A DNA stretch of 64,000 nt, from the IMG/VR virus record IMGVR_UViG_3300025011_000016; one strand, written 5' to 3'. Both the position numbers and the translations under genes were made by a program. This DNA comes from a virus (lineage: Duplodnaviria > Caudoviricetes). The notes under the pieces are model-generated. The model worked only from the letters and a program-made list of their open reading frames with translations. It was not told the DNA's origin and did not search any database. Of the stretch, positions 10,183 through 19,770 are shown piece after piece. Within the stretch, counting starts at the first letter, position 1. Each line of letters begins with the position of its first letter.

Positions 10183-11055
10183 ATGACTGATAATATTTTA
10201 AGATTAGAAGATAGACTTGATGCCAGAGACGGTCTACAAATATCATACAAACCTTCGGTTCTACATAGAACTAAGATTATAGGTGGTTATGATCATTTCG
10301 TTGATAAACGTGGTATTAGTCAACTGGGTGAGGTATTATTTGATGAGGAAAATCAGATTGTTCTTGGTGGAGCATTATTTACCCTAGAGAAAATATTTGG
10401 TATACCTTCACCTTTAACAGTAGACTATTTAAATAATATCATGAATATCGCTACAACAGGATTACCCGTTACGGATATCTATCCTAAAGCAAATGTAGTT
10501 TGTTTATTTGGATTAGGTATCGGCGGTTGTGGAGATACTATTGCATCCATTCAAGATGTCAAGTTTTATGAGAGAGAAATAGTTACAATGATACCATTTA
10601 GAATCGCTTTGACGACCACATTAACAGTTCAGGAGAAGTTACAATATTGGTTTAAAAGACTTGATATTGCAACCGGGAAAACATCTTATTATCTCAAAGC
10701 ATTTGATTCGATACCACAAATTAAAGTATTATGGAAAGACGGTATTGGTGATGAAGATGGTACTGTCGTTCAAGATGGTGTGCAAGATACCACTAGAACT
10801 GAACCAATAGAAACATTTGTTGAATTGATATTAAAGATAAGTAAACTGGATGTTCGAGAATATTTCCAAGTCAATGGGAATATTGAACAGACTAGAATCA
10901 ATAGCATTGGCTTATTCACTGGTGTACCCAGTATTCTTGCGGACGGTTCCACTGATTATAAGCAAGTAAAATTATTCTCTAAATTGAATATCAACAATGA
11001 GATGTTGACCCTTGCTAAAGATTTAACTATTATTTATCGTATATATACTTCTTAG
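10183..11055 (+). CDS. putative virion structural protein
   Basis: 290-aa ORF; AACA-N6-TA upstream; beta-rich; ends in IIYRIY. Confidence 0.45.
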   Translation: MTDNILRLEDRLDARDGLQISYKPSVLHRTKIIGGYDHFVDKRGISQLGEVLFDEENQIVLGGALFTLEKIFGIPSPLTVDYLNNIMNIATTGLPVTDIYPKANVVCLFGLGIGGCGDTIASIQDVKFYEREIVTMIPFRIALTTTLTVQEKLQYWFKRLDIATGKTSYYLKAFDSIPQIKVLWKDGIGDEDGTVVQDGVQDTTRTEPIETFVELILKISKLDVREYFQVNGNIEQTRINSIGLFTGVPSILADGSTDYKQVKLFSKLNINNEMLTLAKDLTIIYRIYTS

Positions 11056-11107
11056 TTTTATTAATTAGATGCTGTATTTAAATACAGCATCTAATTTTAT
11101 TTATCAA

Positions 11108-11119
11108 AACATTTTTATA
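11108..11119 (+). promoter_or_regulatory. AACA-N6-TA putative late promoter; also at 10141, 18037, 45835, 54299, 55756, 59260 (+) and 7522, 24340, 27048, 54284 (-)
   Basis: Eleven intergenic copies upstream of co-oriented genes; same as the AR9 late promoter consensus. Confidence 0.72.
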
Positions 11120-11138
11120 ATAGAAAGGGGATTTATAA

Positions 11139-12628
11139 ATGGCTAAATTATCAGAGGCAAATAAGTTATATTTATTAAGTCTAAACCCAGATGATATTAC
11201 TTTTGATCTTTTATTAGAATTATTTGCCCATACAACTAAAAAAGATAAAGATAATAAAGTATCTGTAGTTAAAGGTAGAATGAATATAACTGATGAATTT
11301 GAATTAAAACCTAATGAATACTTTAATAAAGTTAAAGTAAGAACTACTGCAGGTCAGTTCATATATAACAAATTAATTATTGAAACTGAATTAAGTGAAG
11401 TATTAGGATATATAAGTGACCCTTTAAATAGTAAACGATTAAAAGAATTGGAAGATGTTTTATCTAAAGCTTTATTAACAGATAAAATAACTGTTGAAAC
11501 TATGGTTAACTATCTAAATAAAGTACAATGGCTGGCACTTCAGTTTCATTCAGTTATAAGTGGTTCATTTACTATGAATACTTTAAAACCAAACAAAGTT
11601 GTAACTGCAAGACGAAATAAATTGTTAAAAGATAACGCCGAGAAAATAAAAAATGGTGATGTTATTACAGCAGTTAATATTGAAAAAGAATTATTGAAAG
11701 TTGCACAAGAAGAATTGAAAAATGATCACGGTATGGATCTTTATAAATCTGGTGCCAGAGGATCATTTGGTAATAACTTTAAGAATATATCTGTTATAAA
11801 AGGTCCAGTATTCAATCCATCGAAAGGTGTATTTGATATAGTCACTTCTAACCTAATGGAAGGTATACAGAAGAACGAGCTTACATCAGCAGGTAATAGT
11901 ATTATCAGTGGTGCTTACCCTAAAATATATTGGGGCAATATAGCGTAAGGTATATTGAAAACTATTTAAATTGACGGGAAACTCCTTAGGACTTTATATA
12001 ATAAAGATTGGACAATCCGCAGCCAAGATTCTATAATAGAATAAGGTTCAACGACTAGAGTGAGAACTCGTAAATATTAATAGTATTGAAAATGATGGGA
12101 TCTTCGTATTGGAGATTATGATATAGTCTTGTATCCTAATTAATAATAGGGAAGTTCATAAGAGAACTGTATAGATTAATAATCTATATGAAAATAACGA
12201 AAGCCATAGGAACTGCTGTGTCAGGCTATTTTGCTAAACAAATGGTTGCCTCTTTACAAGCAGTAGTATTAGATTCTATTGGTTCAGATTGTAAATCAAA
12301 AGGAACCTTAAAAGTATTTCTTACTAAAAGTCTAGCGAATGATTTCCTATATAGATATATTGTAGAAGGAAGTAAATTGATTCTATTAGACGATAATAAT
12401 ATATCAAAATATATTGATAAATTTATACAGGTGAGATCTCCTATGTATTGTATATCATCCAAGTTATGCAGGGCCTGTGCGGGACAGATGTACAACAAGC
12501 TTAAGATTGATAATATAGGATTAACAGCCGCTAAAGTTTCAACCACTTTAACCAATTTATCAATGAAAAAATTTCATAATTCATCACAAAGTATAGTTTC
12601 CCTAAAAGTGGATGAATTATGTATCTAA
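11139..12628 (+). CDS. rpoC: RNA polymerase beta'-like subunit (middle/C-terminal part); exons 11139-11921 and 12200-12628, about 403 aa
   Basis: SGARGS motif; spliced EGIQ...GAYP|KAIGTAVSGY aligns without gaps to bacterial EGLN...TALKTANSGY; C-terminal C...C..CAG Zn site. Confidence 0.85.
11922..12199 (+). ncRNA. group I intron (ORF-less, 278 nt)
   Basis: P1 CCCU/GGGG; P AAUUGACGGGAA, Q AAUCCGCAGC, R GUUCAACGACUA, S GAUAUAGUC; ends ...AUAACG. Confidence 0.9.
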
Positions 12629-12830
12629 ACACCATCTTGATTTAAATTATATATTATTAAAGTAATAATAAGAAAGGGGTTGATTAAGATGTAAATATAT
12701 TATTAGCCTATTAAAATAAGAGATGATAAGTTTTAAACTTATCATCTCTTTATATTATTTGTTAAAAATGAGAATTTAATATGTAATGGACAATAACATA
12801 AGGTCTACGAATAAAAGGAGGATAATTTAT

Positions 12831-15800
12831 ATGAGCCAACCCACAGGAGTGAAATTAGTTAAATTAGATTGGAATAAGGAGTGTGAAAAAGATTTTATAA
12901 CTGGTAAAGGTTTTGAAATTACTGAAGTTGCTTTTAAGAAAAAGGATGAGAAAACCTTTAAAGGGAAACCTGATGATTCAAATGGTAAGAAAGAAAAATC
13001 ATATAATGGTATGCACTCAAGTAGATACGCTTCGGATTAATTATTAGTCCCTTCATGTAGTAATACATGTTGTAAACTCTCTTAATTGCGGGGATCTCCT
13101 TAGAGCTTAAACTACTTATATAGTAATAACGTTTAAGATTGTATGATCCGCATCCAAAATTCTATTAAATAGATATGGTTCAACGACTAGAGAAATCTCG
13201 TAAATATAATTGTTATATTGAAATAGAGAGCAACCTAATTAATTAGGTTGATGATATAGTCTTGTATCCTAATTAACATTAGGGAAGTTCATTTGAGAAC
13301 TGTATAGAGTTACAATCTATATGAAAGTATCGTGGGGGGATGAAGATGCATTTGCAGAAAGATATTCCTGTAAATGTAAAGATTTAAAAGGTAGAGTTTA
13401 CGAAGATGAAATATGTAAAATGTGTGGTACTAAAGTAGTTTTTAAAGATGTTGATATGAAAATCACAGGATGGATAAAACTACAACATCATGAAATTATT
13501 CATCCGATATTCTATAAGATGATTAAATCTATTATAGGTGATAAAGTATTTAATGAGATAATTGAATATGATAAGGACATAACTAGAGAAGGAATTGCTT
13601 TAAGTAAAGAGGGTAAGAATCCATTTAAAGGTATTGGTTTGATTGAATTCAGAGAACGTTTCGATGAAATCTTGTTTTATTATAAAGATAAGAAAAAGAA
13701 TAAGATTGACTTAGTTAATGAAGTATTAGCTGAAAGAGAAAAAGTATTTACATTTTGTTTACCAGTTTATTCTTCTGTTTTAAGACCAGTATCATTTAAA
13801 GGTGAAAGTTATTACTATAACTTTATTGATAGAAAGTATAATGCCATATTTTCATTATCACGATTATTAAATACTAAAGGTCCAATGCCTAATGTTAATG
13901 GCATGAAAGTTAAAACAAGTAAGATGGATGAACCAACTATATTACAATCAATGCAAAAGAAAGTTATTGATCTATGGCAATTAATCTTCTCTGAAATTAA
14001 TCAGAAGTCGGGCCACATAAAGGATGGAGTTTGTCCCATCGTAGAGTGATTTACGTTGAAAACTATTTTTAATTGCGGGAATATTCTTAGAACTTCTTTA
14101 TGGAAGATTGGGCAATCCGCATCCAAGTCTCTTTTATATAAGAGAAAGGTTCAACGACTATCCTTTAGTGTTGAAATACACAATAGGAGTAGGGCCTAAG
14201 TAGGTGGGTGAGATTCCCTTAAATCGAAATAAAATGCATCTCGTTGGAGATGATGATATAGTCTGAACTTCTATTGAAAGATAGAGAGAGGTGAAATTCC
14301 TTTGCATTATTTTACAAATAATGTCTACGACTGCAAATTCTCGGTGGTAGGATCAACTTTAGTTCAAGAAATGTAATTATACCGGACCCACAACTAAAAT
14401 CCGATGAAATAAGATTAGGGTATCTTGCTTTTCTAGAGCTATTTAAATATGAAATAATTGCTCATGTCGTTAAGATGAATGATATTTCTGAAAATGAAGC
14501 ATATGAGCAATGGTTTAAAGCAAGTATCAACTATAACAAGAAGATTTATGAAGTGATGATGTACCTAGTTAAGAAAAGAAAACCACGAGTGATCATAAAC
14601 CGAAACCCTAAATAATGTGGGGCGTTATAGAGTGATCTATAAGAGTAAACTATTTTAATTGACGGGAAACTCCTTAGGGCTTCGTAAATGAAGATTGGAC
14701 AATCCGCAGCCAAGTCTCTTATATAAGAGAAAGGTTCAACGACTATCCTTTAGTGTTGAAATACACAATAGGAGTAGGGCCTAAGTAGGTGGGTGAGATT
14801 CCCTTAAATCGAAATGAAAGCATCTTTATAAGATGAAGATATAGTCTTATATCCTAATGAAAGTTAGGGAAGTTCATAAGAGAACTGAGCTACGTTACGT
14901 GTATCTCGAACTCGGGACAATTAATTACGGATCTGAACTCTTAATGAAGATAGTTGATATTAAAAATGAATATAAAGATGATTATACTATGAGTTTACCT
15001 ATTCAAATATTACGAGTACTAAACGCGGATTTGTAACAAAGTCCGGTTATAATAGTAATATTATAACGAGTTCCATGTGAACGCCTAACAAGCGGTGTGA
15101 GAGATATATTATGCTCTTGCTAACGGTAGAAGCGAAATATGCAGAATAAGCTTCGTAAGAGAATCTACGGTCCTGAAATATGGATAGCGTGACAATACCG
15201 TGCCAAGTTCCTATTAATTGTAAGTTCGCAAACAATCTACAAACAGTTAGGATGGTGAAATATCTTGCGTATACTGATTAAACCATATGGGGTAGTTTAT
15301 ATAATGAGAAATTTAATAGATACTAAGGTATATATCGGACAGACTGTAAATCTTGAGAGGCGAAAAAATGAACATAAAAACCGTAAATCCTCATCCAGTA
15401 AGAGATATAATTTTCATATTACTAAAGTTATAGAAGAATATGGATATGAAAATTTTGAATTTAAAGTTTTAGATGAAGCGTTTTCTAAAAAAGACTTAGA
15501 CGATAAAGAGAAATATTTTATATCCTTATTTAAATCCAATGATCCTAAATATGGATATAATTCAAGAGGAGGTAATTTACAAGAACCATTAAATCAGAGA
15601 ACTAAAGATTTAATGTCTAGTTCTCATATAGGCTTGACTGAAACTGCCATAACTAAAAGAAAAAAGTCTCATAAAATTTTAGCATTTAAAGATAATGTAT
15701 GTCTAATTGTGGATAGTGGTAAATTATTTGGTGATATGATTGGAAAAGATAGAAATAATGTAACAAATGCTTTACGAAAGGGAATAAAAATAAAAGGTTA

Positions 15801-16515
15801 CTATGTATTTTATCTAAGTAGTAAAAAACGTGAAGAAGTAATTAAGAAATCTGATGATTGGGCTTATTGCGAACTAAGCCGATTAATAGGAAACGGTGTA
15901 GAGGCCATCGAGCAATCGTATGTTATAGATTATATAACATATGATTGAGTAGAGTACTGGTCGGTTTGCGGGCCGATTGGGAAGCGCATGGCTCCAATAC
16001 TATAGATATATAATATTGGATGAAGATATGGTCCACCCCTATATGAAAATATAGGATGTGGTGTTCGACGGCCAATGTATATGACCGGTGATTCTTTAAT
16101 TGACGGGAATATCCTTAAAGCTTAGACTACTAATGTAATAATGTTTAAGATTGGACAATCCGCAGCCAAGTCTCTTATATAAGAGAAAGGTTCAACGACT
16201 AGAGTGAGAACTCGTAGATACTTTATGTATTGAAATGGGAAACCGATAGATTAAATCTATCGAAGATATAGTCTATTATCCTAATGAGTATTAGGGAAGT
16301 TCATAAGAGAACTGTATAGATTTATAATCTATATGAATATAAAGGATATATTGAATATTATTTCACTGAAGACTAAGAAACTAATTAAAGCTTATGATAA
16401 GACATTTAATCCGAGAAAGAATATGTTCATTTCTAGAAATGATGGATTATTTAATGATGATTTCAATCTACTAAAAGATCAACTTATTGGTCTATATGAG
16501 TTTAACAATATTTAA
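12831..16515 (+). CDS. rpoC: RNA polymerase beta'-like catalytic subunit (N-terminal part); 6 exons 12831-13037, 13333-14025, 14334-14609, 14917-15030, 16064-16072, 16345-16515, about 489 aa
   Basis: Spliced product restores the Zn-binding CKC..C..C, GHIKD|QILGGRINF, NRNP|TIN and NAD|FDG|DILN (NADFDGD); AGGAGG before ATG 12831. Confidence 0.9.
13038..13332 (+). ncRNA. group I intron (ORF-less, 295 nt)
   Basis: P1 GGAU/GUCC; P/Q/R/S elements; 3' G at 13332; joins ASD|WGD in frame. Confidence 0.9.
14026..14333 (+). ncRNA. group I intron (ORF-less, 308 nt)
   Basis: P1 GGAU/GUCC; P/Q/R/S; joins HIKD|QILGGR. Confidence 0.88.
14610..14916 (+). ncRNA. group I intron (ORF-less, 307 nt)
   Basis: P1 CCCU/GGGG; P/Q/R/S; joins NRNP|TINY. 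Confidence 0.9.
15031..16063 (+). mobile_element. group I intron (1033 nt, divergent core) carrying a GIY-YIG homing endonuclease
   Basis: P1 CGGAU/GUCCG; P4 ACGGU/ACCGU; S GAAGAUAUGGUC; ends ...GUGGUG just before TTC GAC GGC. Confidence 0.85.
15265..15948 (+). CDS. intron-encoded GIY-YIG homing endonuclease
   Basis: VVYIMRN....VYIGQT, conserved R and E, GYN motif; lies between the Q and R elements of the intron. Confidence 0.88.
   Translation: MRILIKPYGVVYIMRNLIDTKVYIGQTVNLERRKNEHKNRKSSSSKRYNFHITKVIEEYGYENFEFKVLDEAFSKKDLDDKEKYFISLFKSNDPKYGYNSRGGNLQEPLNQRTKDLMSSSHIGLTETAITKRKKSHKILAFKDNVCLIVDSGKLFGDMIGKDRNNVTNALRKGIKIKGYYVFYLSSKKREEVIKKSDDWAYCELSRLIGNGVEAIEQSYVIDYITYD
16073..16344 (+). ncRNA. 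group I intron (ORF-less, 272 nt) with an apparent C at the 5' splice site
   Basis: P/Q/R/S elements; removal joins FDG|DILN; P1 CGGC/ACCG. Confidence 0.82.
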
Positions 16516-16532
16516 AAAGAGGGGTGGGTAGT

Positions 16533-16604
16533 ATGAAACGTTTATTTAGTATTGTCTATTGGTCACTATTAGTGGGATTAATATACTATATATTCTTTAA
16601 ATAA
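16533..16604 (+). CDS. 23-aa hydrophobic peptide
   Basis: MKRLFSIVYWSLLVGLIYYIFFK with GAGGGG upstream; read manually. Confidence 0.45.
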   Translation: MKRLFSIVYWSLLVGLIYYIFFK

Positions 16605-16621
16605 AATGGAGGTATGAATAT

Positions 16622-16930
16622 ATGGCAAAGAAAACTATCGATCATGTATTTAATTTATTTGGAACAAGTTTAGGATATTATGATTTAATTGCTGTAAAGT
16701 TAGTAGAATCTGATAACTATTATGTTATTAATTGTAATTTCACAAATATGTTTATTAATAACAAATTATTAAGTCCAGGTACGATTATATCATCATTTAT
16801 ATTCAGTCAGTTGATCCTCAAATGCAATAGGCCGTTGGTATTAAATGATGATACTGTTGATATGGATAAAGTGAAAGAATATTGTAGACTACTCGGTTTT
16901 TATGGAATATCTAAGATCACAGTGGTATAA
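16622..16930 (+). CDS. hypothetical protein
   Basis: ORF with GGAGG. Confidence 0.65.
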   Translation: MAKKTIDHVFNLFGTSLGYYDLIAVKLVESDNYYVINCNFTNMFINNKLLSPGTIISSFIFSQLILKCNRPLVLNDDTVDMDKVKEYCRLLGFYGISKITVV

Positions 16931-16987
16931 ACTATATGAGGGAGTTAAAAAACTTCCTCATATTCTTAAATTTAAAGGAGGAAAATT

Positions 16988-17356
16988 ATGTTATTTTTGA
17001 TTTATTCAATAATAGGTATATTGATATGTGTTGCTGTTGGCTCAATACACATTTATTTAAAACGACCACTCGCTATTGTGGAAAATGATTTTATATATGT
17101 GAATGATATGTATTTAAAGGTTCATGAAATTTCAATATTCAAAGGTTATTCTCTTGATACCGCTACACTCCGATGTTCACGTAATATTGAGAAACGACAT
17201 CTTAACACATTTAAGAGGATTAATGTTGGTACAACATTAAAAGTATTAGAAAAGAACCTCACAGTACGATCACATATGACTATTGCTCATATTAGAATAA
17301 CAGATAGATCGCCAATAATCGTTGATATTGAGTTAGATAATGATTTCTTTGGGTGA
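16988..17356 (+). CDS. hypothetical membrane-anchored protein
   Basis: AGGAGG; N-terminal hydrophobic helix. Confidence 0.65.
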   Translation: MLFLIYSIIGILICVAVGSIHIYLKRPLAIVENDFIYVNDMYLKVHEISIFKGYSLDTATLRCSRNIEKRHLNTFKRINVGTTLKVLEKNLTVRSHMTIAHIRITDRSPIIVDIELDNDFFG

Positions 17357-17377
17357 TAAATATTTGAAGGGAGGGAA

Positions 17378-17560
17378 TTGATGGACAATAAGTTAAACTA
17401 TTGTATTCATGGAATATTTATTAATTGTAAATTAGAAGTTTGTCTATCTCAAACATGTATCCGGAAAGTGAAAGAATATCCCAATAATTCAAATCTCATA
17501 ATGTCTGATATTACCAAAGTTAACTCATCTAAAGTTAAAAAGGAAATATTAAAAGTATGA
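17378..17560 (+). CDS. small Cys-rich hypothetical protein
   Basis: GGGAGG upstream; 60 aa. Confidence 0.5.
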   Translation: MMDNKLNYCIHGIFINCKLEVCLSQTCIRKVKEYPNNSNLIMSDITKVNSSKVKKEILKV

Positions 17561-17573
17561 GGGGGAGTAAATT

Positions 17574-17981
17574 ATGTGGTTTATTATATGCTGGTTATTG
17601 CTTTCTGTGGGATGTCTTATAGCAACAGGTGTATTGATTATGATTGATGGTATACCCTATAATATTAAAACTGGTGGTATTATAAATATCGATGGATTGA
17701 ATTTAAGAGTTGATAAAGTAAAAATATTATATGGTCCGACGTTTGATACTGTCATTATATATGGATTTCCACTTATACGTAAAGTATCGGGAGTGCGTGA
17801 ATTGATGAACGGAACTAATGTTAATGTAGTAAATTCAAAGAGTGGTATACATATAAAAATGATGGCCGCTAACATTAGTATTGTTTCTCGTACACGGACA
17901 GTTACTATTATCCAAATTGATAATAATATGTTTTATAGTAAGTATAACGGATCAGTCCCTAAAGTGCCACAACGATTATAA
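17574..17981 (+). CDS. hypothetical membrane-anchored protein (similar layout to 16988-17356)
   Basis: Hydrophobic N-terminus followed by a beta-rich domain. Confidence 0.6.
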   Translation: MWFIICWLLLSVGCLIATGVLIMIDGIPYNIKTGGIINIDGLNLRVDKVKILYGPTFDTVIIYGFPLIRKVSGVRELMNGTNVNVVNSKSGIHIKMMAANISIVSRTRTVTIIQIDNNMFYSKYNGSVPKVPQRL

Positions 17982-18089
17982 GTGATAAAAATAAAGGATG
18001 ATTTTTACATCACCTTTATTTTTTTATCTTATGGTCAACATTTATTTAATATAATGATCGTTATAAAATATAGATAGAGGTGATGAAAT

Positions 18090-19334
18090 ATGGAATATGC
18101 ATTAGCTTCAACATCAATGGCTCATACATATGGAAATGTAACTGCATTCATAACAGAGTTTGTTAAGAATATATTTCCCAAGCACTATTTTAAAACAACT
18201 CATATAAGTTCAACTATAGCATATAGAGAATTTAATATATTTCAAAATTCAACTAAAGAATTTATGAAAAAGAATAAACCAATATTATTAATACGACCAC
18301 GTATTGAGTTAAATGATCAAGATAACTTTCTATATGGAACATTTTTAACTCAACGTATTACAGATAATTACATGGATTTAGATTTTAGTAATTTACAAGA
18401 GTTTATTGGAGATACTGAAAAAGGAATTTACATGAAATTTCTACTTAATAGAATAAAGATGTTTTTTGATATATCAGTAATAGTTGAATCTCAAATGGAG
18501 CAAATTAACCAAGTTATGTTTTTAAAAAATAAGATACGACAAGATCATAATTTTTATTTAGAAACTGCTTTAGAAAGCTTTGTTCCTAAGGAATTATTAG
18601 GGGTATTAGCATCGGATATTAATATACCGTTATATGATGAGAATATGAGTGTTAAACCTTTTCTTGATTATATTAATAATAAATCAGCGTATCCCGTAAC
18701 ATACAAAATGAAAAACTCAACTGGTAGAGATGAATTCTTTCGATTTTATCCTGCAAAAATTGATACTGTATTTACTAACTTAAGTGTAGATGATGGTAGT
18801 AAGAAGGGTTTTATATCTGATGCATTTACGATTAATTTTACAATATCCACTGAATTTAATACGGCGGGCCTATACTATTATTTCACTCAAAATCCGGACG
18901 TTATACGCAATATTGATTTATCTATCATAGCTGATAGTAATACAATAATACCAGTATTTACTATAAGTAATTTATTTGATGAAACCATCCCAGAAGGATG
19001 GAATATGTACTCATCTTCAATGTATGGTGTTGATAGTGATCGACAACCGGACGAAATGGATATATCAACATTGTTCAATAATAGTTTAATTGACATCATT
19101 CAATATCATATAGATAAAGGAATACCTACAAGTGTATTCTTAAAAATATCAATTATGAAAGACAATGCATTATTAGATCCACTCAATAATGACTACTCAA
19201 TCGATATGACTAAACTTATACTGACAACTAATGTAGTTAATACAATTTCAACATATAGATTAGTAGTATATGTAAATACGTTATATATTAACAATTTAAT
19301 AGAAACTCTATATGGATTTACTGAAGAAAAATAA
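18090..19334 (+). CDS. hypothetical protein (possibly structural)
   Basis: 414-aa ORF; GAGGTG; AACA-N6-TA upstream. Confidence 0.6.
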   Translation: MEYALASTSMAHTYGNVTAFITEFVKNIFPKHYFKTTHISSTIAYREFNIFQNSTKEFMKKNKPILLIRPRIELNDQDNFLYGTFLTQRITDNYMDLDFSNLQEFIGDTEKGIYMKFLLNRIKMFFDISVIVESQMEQINQVMFLKNKIRQDHNFYLETALESFVPKELLGVLASDINIPLYDENMSVKPFLDYINNKSAYPVTYKMKNSTGRDEFFRFYPAKIDTVFTNLSVDDGSKKGFISDAFTINFTISTEFNTAGLYYYFTQNPDVIRNIDLSIIADSNTIIPVFTISNLFDETIPEGWNMYSSSMYGVDSDRQPDEMDISTLFNNSLIDIIQYHIDKGIPTSVFLKISIMKDNALLDPLNNDYSIDMTKLILTTNVVNTISTYRLVVYVNTLYINNLIETLYGFTEEK

Positions 19335-19351
19335 TAGGGGGTAATAGAAAA

Positions 19352-19678
19352 TTGGATTATGAAACAATAGTCAAAAAACTTTGGTTGACTCCTCATAATA
19401 ATTTAAAGATAACCTTATATATTAAAGATAAATCAATTGTTAATGAAATTGAAGTGAATAAAATGATAACATTAGATGTTCCTATAATTATAAACGGTGT
19501 TGTCACGACATGTGATGTATTTAAAATCGATATAATCGATAAGACATTTTCCATATCTCTATTTAAACATGATAATAATGTTATGTATACAACTAGATAT
19601 AATTCTGTGAATACTAGTATACGAATTACTGAAAGAGAAAAGAATGTAATAATTAATATCTATGAAGATTTTGATTGA
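19352..19678 (+). CDS. hypothetical protein
   Basis: ORF track; GGGGG upstream. Confidence 0.55.
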   Translation: MDYETIVKKLWLTPHNNLKITLYIKDKSIVNEIEVNKMITLDVPIIINGVVTTCDVFKIDIIDKTFSISLFKHDNNVMYTTRYNSVNTSIRITEREKNVIINIYEDFD

Positions 19679-19770
19679 TATCGGAAACGATATCAATCTC
19701 TTTTTTTTATCTATTTTTTTAAGTATATATTATAATGTCATACATAATAAAATAAACGGAGGAATGGATA

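Noticed and set aside
12188-12190. Alternative 3' splice site at G12190
   Set aside because: It would add three residues (KIT) and break the gap-free match to the beta' bridge-helix region; the tail ATAACG recurs at 36377.
12188-12199. ATG starts in intron tails (12188, 13321, 16333, 34916, GTG 57854) as real starts of separate genes
   Set aside because: They come from the conserved CTATATGAA tail, lack an SD, and are out of frame with the downstream exon in other introns (34539, 36366, 47816).
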